Virus record (IMG/VR): IMGVR_UViG_2667527698_000003
Reading direction: 5' to 3' (one strand)
DNA: 23,895 nucleotides
Origin: a virus
Taxonomy: Duplodnaviria > Heunggongvirae > Uroviricota > Caudoviricetes
Every line of letters starts with the position of its first letter. Position 1 is the stretch's first letter. This document shows, in pieces, positions 17,601 to 23,895 of the stretch. The notes beneath the pieces were generated by a model. That model saw only the letters and a list, made by a program, of their open reading frames with translations, did no database searches and was not told the DNA's origin. Position numbers and translations under genes: made by a program.

Positions 17601-18493
17601 GCAAGATTGACTATCAGGCACTGCGTGAGGCGGCAGAAAAAGCAACGTGTGGTGAGTGGTCGCTCGAATATGGAGAGGGCCAATTTGATGGTGATGATGC
17701 GCTAATTCATCGTGACGTTGTTGGATATCTTCCCATTTGCAGAATTGAAGGAGCGCATCCTGAAAGCGGTTTCGATGAAGATTTCCAAATAGAACAGCAG
17801 GCCAATGCTGAATTCATCGCCGCAGCCAATCCAGCTACCGTCTTGGCGCTGCTGGATGAGCTGGAAAGAAACCAGCAATACATCAAACGCCGTGACCAGG
17901 AGAACGAGGAGATTGCGTTAACGGTAGGGAAGCTGCGTGTTGAGCTGGAAGGCAAAGACAAGCTGATTGCAGAGCTTGGAAAACAATGCGCCGAATGGGA
18001 GCGAAAAGCATTAAGCAACTTTGAAGAGTGTGCTGCGATGGCTGAACGTATCGAAGAGTTGCAGACAAAATCTGCACCAGATTCGTTTGGCATCATCGGT
18101 GAAAATATTCGAACACAGGATAATCGAATAACGTCAGACCCTATGTTTTGTGTGTATCAAAAGCGCGAAATCGTTGTTGATGCTGATTATGACTATGACC
18201 GGATTGTCTGGGTTGATGAAGATGGCAATGAAGCCAATAAACGCCAAAGTCGTCGTCTCGAACTACTTCACGAAAACTTTCGAGAGCCACCAGAAAAATG
18301 GCGGCGCGTTGCTGTGAAAGATATTGATGAATTCGTTACCTGCTGTTTCACCGAACAGGGTTGTAAAGACTACCTGGCAGCCAATGGTCACAATCTTCGC
18401 TTGCCATTTATATATGTAAATGGCGGTTTCAGGAACGCTGAATATATCGGCATAAGAAACTGGCTTGCTGGCATTCGCATCAAAGGAGAGTGA
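17597..18493 (+). CDS. Ead/Ea22-like protein
   Basis: N-terminus [21 protein letters not shown]...FIAAANPATVLALLDELE typical of the Ead/Ea22 family of lambdoid prophages. Confidence 0.7.
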   Translation: MSKIDYQALREAAEKATCGEWSLEYGEGQFDGDDALIHRDVVGYLPICRIEGAHPESGFDEDFQIEQQANAEFIAAANPATVLALLDELERNQQYIKRRDQENEEIALTVGKLRVELEGKDKLIAELGKQCAEWERKALSNFEECAAMAERIEELQTKSAPDSFGIIGENIRTQDNRITSDPMFCVYQKREIVVDADYDYDRIVWVDEDGNEANKRQSRRLELLHENFREPPEKWRRVAVKDIDEFVTCCFTEQGCKDYLAANGHNLRLPFIYVNGGFRNAEYIGIRNWLAGIRIKGE

Positions 18494-18695
18494 GATGAGC
18501 AGGAATACGGGTTTGTAAAAGATAACGCTTGTGAAAATGCTGAATTTCGCGTCGTCTTCACAGCGATGCCAGAGTCTGTAGTGTCAGATGATGACCGTAC
18601 TCAAACATCGGGTTGAGTATTATCTTACTGTTTCTTTACATAAACATTGCTGATACCGTTTAGCTGAAACGACATACATTGCAAGGAGTTTATAA

Positions 18696-18977
18696 ATGAG
18701 TATCAATGAGTTAGAGTCTGAGCAAAAAGATTGGGCGTTATCAATGTTGTGCAGATCCGGTGTCTTGTCTCCATGCAGACATCACGAAGGTGTTTATGTA
18801 GATGAAGGTATAGATATAGAGTCGGCATACAAATATTCCATGAAGGTTTATAAGTCTAATGAAGACAAATCCCCATTCTGCAATGTGCGAGAAATGACTG
18901 ATACCGTGCAAAATTATTATCATGAGTACGGTGGAAACGATACTTGCCCTCTCTGTACAAAACATATAGATGATTAA
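18696..18977 (+). CDS. Hypothetical Cys/His-containing protein (93 aa), AT-rich accessory gene
   Basis: ORF track; AAGGAG RBS; CxxC at C-terminus (CPLC); own terminator. Confidence 0.55.
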   Translation: MSINELESEQKDWALSMLCRSGVLSPCRHHEGVYVDEGIDIESAYKYSMKVYKSNEDKSPFCNVREMTDTVQNYYHEYGGNDTCPLCTKHIDD

Positions 18978-18997
18978 ACCAAATATTACATAACAAT

Positions 18998-19025
18998 CCT
19001 CGCATTCGCGGGGATTTCTTTTATC
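18998..19025 (+). terminator. Rho-independent terminator
   Basis: cctcgc-attc-gcgggg hairpin + T-rich tail. Confidence 0.55.
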
Positions 19026-19065
19026 TGAACTCGCTACGGAGGGTTTTGTTTTATGGAGATGATAA

Positions 19066-19233
19066 ATGCACTTCCGAGTTACAGGTGAATGGAATGGAGA
19101 ACCATTCAACAGAGTTATCGAAGCCGAGAACATCAGCGACTGCTATGACCACTGGATGCTGTGGGCGCAGATAGCACATGCAGACGTAACCAATATTCGA
19201 ATTGAAGAACTGAAAGAACACCAAGCCGCCTGA
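19066..19233 (+). CDS. Small ORF (55 aa)
   Basis: MHFRVTGEWNGEPFNRVIEAENISDCYDHWMLWAQIAHADVTNIRIEELKEHQAA; GGAG 8 nt upstream; stop lies inside terminator hairpin. Confidence 0.4.
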   Translation: MHFRVTGEWNGEPFNRVIEAENISDCYDHWMLWAQIAHADVTNIRIEELKEHQAA

Positions 19234-19247
19234 TGGCGGTTTTTTAT
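19223..19247 (+). terminator. Rho-independent terminator
   Basis: gccgcc-tgat-ggcggt hairpin + TTTTTTATT. Confidence 0.7.
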
Positions 19248-19259
19248 TGGAGACAAGAA

Positions 19260-19604
19260 ATGTCAGATTTGGCTATGAAGGTTTTGAAATGGCAATCGAC
19301 TGGCGATGTCGGCATCAGTAGCGCAACTCTTGCCTCAATCGCATGTGGACTGAAAAAGAATATCTATGGTCATCACTTCGGCGCTCCACATGACGCAGCC
19401 GATTTCAGACGATGCGTTGCACTTGTTGAGCAGATCCCAGAAATCAGAGATTCATTCGACAAGGTTGCAAAGCGCGTTCCGGCATTCAAAGGCATCCTCA
19501 ACGAATGGGATTCCCTCGTTGATCTGTTGAAGTCTGAAATGAAGATACACGGAAACAAAGCACCAGAGACTTACAGAAGAATTAGCGAGTTACGCAAGGA
19601 CTAA
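19260..19604 (+). CDS. Hypothetical protein (114 aa)
   Basis: ORF 19233..19604, start taken at ATG 19260 with GGAG upstream. Confidence 0.5.
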   Translation: MSDLAMKVLKWQSTGDVGISSATLASIACGLKKNIYGHHFGAPHDAADFRRCVALVEQIPEIRDSFDKVAKRVPAFKGILNEWDSLVDLLKSEMKIHGNKAPETYRRISELRKD

Positions 19605-19694
19605 CCACAGCCTCATACTCGATGAGGCCTGTTCATTGCTCAATGATATCCAGACCTACCGCAATAATACCAATCCAATAAATGGAGATTCCAG

Positions 19695-20042
19695 GTGGAA
19701 GAAGAAATCTTCACTCGTGAAGAGGCAGCGTCGTATCTGAAGGTAGACAAAGGCACTATCACGCAGTGGATACGAAGTGGACGACTTCAGGCCGCAAAGA
19801 TAAATCCAGATAAACCTAAAAGCCCATATCGCATTTGCAAGTCAGACTGCATTGCGGCGCTTAAGTCTGTGAGACACAATAGCGCGGTGAATGCGGTTGA
19901 TGTGCAGGAGGTTAAAGCATGTCAATCAAACTACGCGGTGGCACGTGGCACTGCGATTTCGTCGCGCCAGATGGATCAAGAGTTAGACGCTCTCTTGAAA
20001 CATCGGACAAAAGGCAAGCGCAAGAACTTCACGATCGTCTGA
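19695..20042 (+). CDS. xis: Excisionase (P22-type, long form)
   Basis: GTG start with GGAG upstream; HTH FTREEAASYLKVDKGTITQWIRSGRL; overlaps int 5' end. Confidence 0.65.
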   Translation: MEEEIFTREEAASYLKVDKGTITQWIRSGRLQAAKINPDKPKSPYRICKSDCIAALKSVRHNSAVNAVDVQEVKACQSNYAVARGTAISSRQMDQELDALLKHRTKGKRKNFTIV

Positions 20043-21079
20043 AAGCAGAAGCGTGGAGAGTAAAAAATCTCGGGGAATCACCGAAAAAGCTATTCAAGGA
20101 AGCCTGCATACGGTGGCTGCGTGAGAAATCGGATAAGAAGTCCATTGATGATGACAAGAGCATTATATCGTTCTGGATGTTGCACTTCAGAGAAGCCATT
20201 CTCTCTGACATAACAACAGAAAAAATAATGGAGGCGGTAGACGGGATGGAAAACCGCCGCCATCGCCTGAACTGGGAGATGAGCCGGGACAGGTGTTTGC
20301 GACTTGGCAATCCGGTGCCGGAGTATAAACCAAAGCTTGCAAGCAAAGGAACGAAGACGAGGCATCTGGCAATACTTCGCGCCATTCTCAATATGGCTGT
20401 TGAATGGGGATGGCTTGACAGGGCACCCAAAATATCAACACCACGCGTTAAGAATGGACGCATCAGATGGCTTACAGAGGAGGAATCGAAGCGCCTGTTT
20501 GCAGAAATTGCTCCTCACTTCTTCCCTGTGGTCATGTTTGCAATCACGACAGGCCTTCGCCGTTCCAACGTTACAGACCTTGAGTGGTCACAGGTCGATC
20601 TGGATAAGAAAATGGCATGGATGCACCCTGATGAAACAAAAGCTGGCAATGCGATCGGAGTTCCTCTTAACGAAACCGCATGCCAGATATTAAGAAAACA
20701 GCAGGGGCTCCATAAGAGATGGGTATTTGTCCACACCAAACCTGCCTACCGAAGCGACGGAACAAAAACAGCAGCGGTAAGGAAGATGAGAACCGACAGC
20801 AACAAGGCATGGAAGGGAGCGTTAAAGCGGGCAGGCATTAGCAACTTCCGCTTCCATGATCTGAGGCATACCTGGGCAAGCTGGCTGGTTCAGTCCGGTG
20901 TCTCTCTTCTTGCACTTAAAGAGATGGGAGGATGGGAAACTCTCGAAATGGTTCAAAGATACGCCCACCTTTCAGCCGGGCATCTCACCGAGCACGCAAG
21001 CAAAATCGATGCGATTATAAGTCGCAATGGCACAAATACGGCACAAGAGGAGAACGTGGTTTACTTAAATGCGAGGTAA
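19919..21079 (+). CDS. int: Tyrosine integrase (P22 Int-like)
   Basis: 386 aa; AGGAGG RBS; C-terminal catalytic region HDLRHTWASW...RYAHL; adjacent to tRNA. Confidence 0.9.
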   Translation: MSIKLRGGTWHCDFVAPDGSRVRRSLETSDKRQAQELHDRLKAEAWRVKNLGESPKKLFKEACIRWLREKSDKKSIDDDKSIISFWMLHFREAILSDITTEKIMEAVDGMENRRHRLNWEMSRDRCLRLGNPVPEYKPKLASKGTKTRHLAILRAILNMAVEWGWLDRAPKISTPRVKNGRIRWLTEEESKRLFAEIAPHFFPVVMFAITTGLRRSNVTDLEWSQVDLDKKMAWMHPDETKAGNAIGVPLNETACQILRKQQGLHKRWVFVHTKPAYRSDGTKTAAVRKMRTDSNKAWKGALKRAGISNFRFHDLRHTWASWLVQSGVSLLALKEMGGWETLEMVQRYAHLSAGHLTEHASKIDAIISRNGTNTAQEENVVYLNAR

Positions 21080-21093
21080 CTTATTGATTTAAA

Positions 21094-21169
21094 TGGTGCC
21101 GATAATAGGAGTCGAACCTACGACCTTCGCATTACGAATGCGCTGCTCTACCAACTGAGCTATATCGGC
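21094..21169 (-). tRNA. thrW: tRNA-Thr (anticodon CGU), host thrW; prophage attachment site overlaps its 3' end
   Basis: Minus-strand 76 nt GCCGATATAGCTCAGTTGGTAGAGCAGCGCATTCGTAATGCGAAGGTCGTAGGTTCGACTCCTATTATCGGCACCA, 15 nt from int stop. Confidence 0.9.
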
Positions 21170-21283
21170 CCTGAAAGGACATGTTCACGAACGTGAATCA
21201 CGGTGGACAAGGTTAAAACTAACCGGGCGATGCGTCAATGGCCTTGTGAATCAAATGGCTACTTTTGCATCACCCGGTTTTAT

Positions 21284-22537
21284 TTACGCACGAATGGTGT
21301 AATCACCAATGCCGATCCACTTGTAAGTGGTCAGTGCTTCCAGCCCCATTGGGCCACGCGCGTGGAGTTTTTGTGTGCTTACCGCCACTTCCGCACCCAG
21401 ACCAAACTGGCCGCCGTCGGTAAAACGCGTAGAGGCGTTAACGTAAACAGCGGACGAATCCACTTCGTTAACAAAACGCTGGGCGTTGCGCATATCGCGG
21501 GTCAGGATCGCATCGGAGTGTTGTGTGCCGTGTTCACGAATATGGGCGATGGCATCGTCAAGATCGCTGACGATTTTGACGTTCAAATCTAATGACAGAA
21601 ACTCATCGTCATACTCTTCGGCTTTAACCGCCACCACCTTCGCAGGGCCTGCCTGCAACTGTGTCAGCGCAGCTGCATCTGCGTGTAATGTCACGCCGCT
21701 TTCCGCCATTTGTTTGCTTAATGCGGGCAGGAAGCTATCGGCGATGTTTTTATTCACCAGCAACGTTTCAACCGTATTACATGTGCTCGGACGCTGAGTT
21801 TTCGCGTTGACGATCACTTTTAATGCTTCAGCGATCTCTGCACTTTCATCAACGTAAATATGGCATACGCCTATACCACCTGTGATCACCGGGATTGTCG
21901 ACTGTTCACGGCACAGTTTATGCAAACCAGCGCCACCACGCGGGATCAGCATGTCGATGTATTTATCCATACGCAGCATTTCACTGACCAGCGCACGGTC
22001 AGGATTATCAATCGCCTGCACGGCACCCGCCGGTAAGCCACAGGATTTCAGGGCGTCCTGAATCACCGCCACCGTTGCCGCGTTAGTGCGACAGGTTTCT
22101 TTACCACCACGCAGGATCACCGCATTACCGGTTTTCAGGCACAGCGAAGCGACATCAACCGTCACGTTCGGGCGCGCTTCATAAATCACGCCAATAACCC
22201 CCAGCGGTACGCGACGACGCTCAAGACGCAGGCCGCTGTCCAGTACGCCGCCATCGATTACCTGCCCCACCGGATCGGCGAGGTTGCACACCTGACGTAC
22301 ATCGTCGGCAATGCCTTTCAGCCGTGCGGGCGTCAGTGCCAGACGGTCAAGCATCGCTTCGCTAAGGCCATTGGCTCGCGCGTCAGCAACATCCTGGGCG
22401 TTAGCGTTGAGGATGATTTCGCTTTGTGCTTCCAGTTCATCGGCGATTTTTTCCAGCACGCGATTTTTTTCGCGGCTGGAGAGTTGCGCTAATTTATACG
22501 AGGCTTGCTTCGCGGCAATGCCCATTTGTTCCAGCAT
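21284..22537 (-). CDS. proA: Gamma-glutamyl phosphate reductase
   Basis: 417 aa ORF with typical ProA sequence. Confidence 0.95.
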   Translation of the reverse strand: MLEQMGIAAKQASYKLAQLSSREKNRVLEKIADELEAQSEIILNANAQDVADARANGLSEAMLDRLALTPARLKGIADDVRQVCNLADPVGQVIDGGVLDSGLRLERRRVPLGVIGVIYEARPNVTVDVASLCLKTGNAVILRGGKETCRTNAATVAVIQDALKSCGLPAGAVQAIDNPDRALVSEMLRMDKYIDMLIPRGGAGLHKLCREQSTIPVITGGIGVCHIYVDESAEIAEALKVIVNAKTQRPSTCNTVETLLVNKNIADSFLPALSKQMAESGVTLHADAAALTQLQAGPAKVVAVKAEEYDDEFLSLDLNVKIVSDLDDAIAHIREHGTQHSDAILTRDMRNAQRFVNEVDSSAVYVNASTRFTDGGQFGLGAEVAVSTQKLHARGPMGLEALTTYKWIGIGDYTIRA

Positions 22538-22548
22538 CGGCCAGCTCC

Positions 22549-23652
22549 TTAACGGGTAATCATGTCATCACGGTGAACGGCAACCGGGCCGTATTCATAT
22601 CCCAGTATTGCATCAATTTCTTGCGAGTGGTGTCCGGCAATACGGCGTAATGCATCGCTGTTGTAACGACTGACACCGTGGGCGATATCGCGACCTTCGA
22701 GGTTGCAAATGCGGATGACTTCACCACGCGAGAAATTGCCAGTCACGCTTTTAATGCCTTTCGGCAACAGGGAGCTGCCGCGTTCCAGAATGGCGGCAGT
22801 TGCCCCTTCATCTACCGTGATTTCACCCGCCGGCGGCGCACCGAAAATCCAGCGTTTACGGTTTTCAAGCGGAGTCGCCTGGGCATGGAACAGCGTACCG
22901 ACGGAAATGCCTTCCATCACATCACCAATAACGCCCGGCTTGCTGCCCGCGGCAATAATGGTGTCGATACCCGCACGGCAAGCCACGTCAGCGGCCTGCA
23001 ATTTAGTACTCATGCCGCCAGTTCCGAGGCCTGAAACGCTGTCACCGGCAATCGCGCGCAGTGCGTCATCAATGCCGTAAACATCTTTAATCAGTTCTGC
23101 CTGCGGATTTCTGCGCGGATCAGCGGTATACAAACCTTTTTGATCGGTCAGCAGCAACAGTTTATCGGCACCCGCCAGAATCGCCGCCAGCGCAGAAAGG
23201 TTATCGTTATCGCCGACCTTAATCTCTGCCGTAGCGACAGCATCGTTCTCATTGATTACCGGAACGATATTGTTATCGAGCAACGCACGCAGGGTGTCGC
23301 GGGCGTTCAGGAAGCGTTCACGGTCTTCCATATCAGCACGGGTCAGCAGCATTTGCCCGACGTGAATGCCATAAATCGAAAACAGCTGTTCCCACAGTTG
23401 AATCAGTCGACTCTGCCCTACCGCCGCCAGCAGTTGTTTCGAGGCGATAGTCGCTGGCAGTTCCGGGTAACCCAGGTGCTCACGTCCGGCGGCGATCGCG
23501 CCCGACGTCACAATAACAATCCGATGCCCGGCGGCATGTAACTGCGCGCACTGGCGAACAAGTTCAACGATATGGGCACGGTTCAGACGGCGCGATCCGC
23601 CTGTTAGCACACTGGTGCCGAGTTTTACCACCAGCGTCTGGCTGTCACTCAT
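22549..23652 (-). CDS. proB: Glutamate 5-kinase
   Basis: ORF 22549..23739; start taken at [16 protein letters not shown] (367 aa), 11 nt upstream of proA. Confidence 0.9.
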   Translation of the reverse strand: MSDSQTLVVKLGTSVLTGGSRRLNRAHIVELVRQCAQLHAAGHRIVIVTSGAIAAGREHLGYPELPATIASKQLLAAVGQSRLIQLWEQLFSIYGIHVGQMLLTRADMEDRERFLNARDTLRALLDNNIVPVINENDAVATAEIKVGDNDNLSALAAILAGADKLLLLTDQKGLYTADPRRNPQAELIKDVYGIDDALRAIAGDSVSGLGTGGMSTKLQAADVACRAGIDTIIAAGSKPGVIGDVMEGISVGTLFHAQATPLENRKRWIFGAPPAGEITVDEGATAAILERGSSLLPKGIKSVTGNFSRGEVIRICNLEGRDIAHGVSRYNSDALRRIAGHHSQEIDAILGYEYGPVAVHRDDMITR

Positions 23653-23895
23653 GATTCTCTGCCATTCAATTTTAGGAAAAATGATATCAAACGAACGTTT
23701 TAGCAGGACTGTCGTCGGTTGCCAACCATCTGCGAGCAAAGCATGGCGTTTTGTTGCGCGGGATCAGCAAGCGTAGCGGCAGTTGTTTACGCTTTTATTA
23801 CAGATTTAATAAATTACCACATTTTCAGGTAATGACTCCAACTTACTGATAGTGTTTTATGTTCAGATAATGCCCGATGACCTTGTCATGCAGCT

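Noticed and set aside
17048-18096. Minus-strand ORFs 17048..17485, 17707..18096, 17883..18077
   Set aside because: Antisense to the co-oriented, translationally coupled plus-strand pL-operon genes; Ser/Ala-rich artefact-like translations.
21203-23541. ORFs 21203..21592+, 21486..21797+, 22311..22559+, 22426..22650+, 22678..23034+, 22703..23080+, 23140..23541+
   Set aside because: Antisense to or overlapping proA/proB, which are unambiguous.
23653-23739. Upstream extension of proB to a 396-aa ORF
   Set aside because: The canonical ProB N-terminus [10 protein letters not shown] starts at 23652; the extension is leader sequence.

Overview
The window is the integrase-proximal ~21 kb of a mosaic lambdoid (P22-like) prophage integrated at the 3' end of tRNA-Thr (thrW), followed by the host proA-proB operon (E. 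coli-like backbone). Reading in the window's orientation: terminase genes (terL partial, terS) on the minus strand; an AT-rich accessory segment with a T5orf172/GIY-YIG-like gene; a lambda-type lysis cassette (S, R, Rz/Rz1); two phage tRNA genes; a compact late promoter/terminator; a QuuD/82-type Q antiterminator; a nin region (NinH, RusA, YbcO-like, NinF, NinX-like, NinE, NinD-like, NinB); DnaB-type helicase and O-like initiator with internal iterons; P22-type immunity region (c1/cII-like, cro, c2 with OR/OL operators and nut sites); then on the plus strand the pL operon (N-like antiterminator, accessory ORFs, cIII-like, Erf, SSB-tail protein, Abc2-like, Ea22-like, xis, int). An IS911-like IS3-family element (1250 bp, 3-bp ATG target duplication) sits exactly at the start codon of the cIII-like gene. 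Several AT-rich, self-terminated accessory ORFs of unknown function are the best candidates for undescribed functions; none can be assigned a function from sequence alone. All protein identifications rest on my reading of the translations and remembered family signatures, not on database searches.
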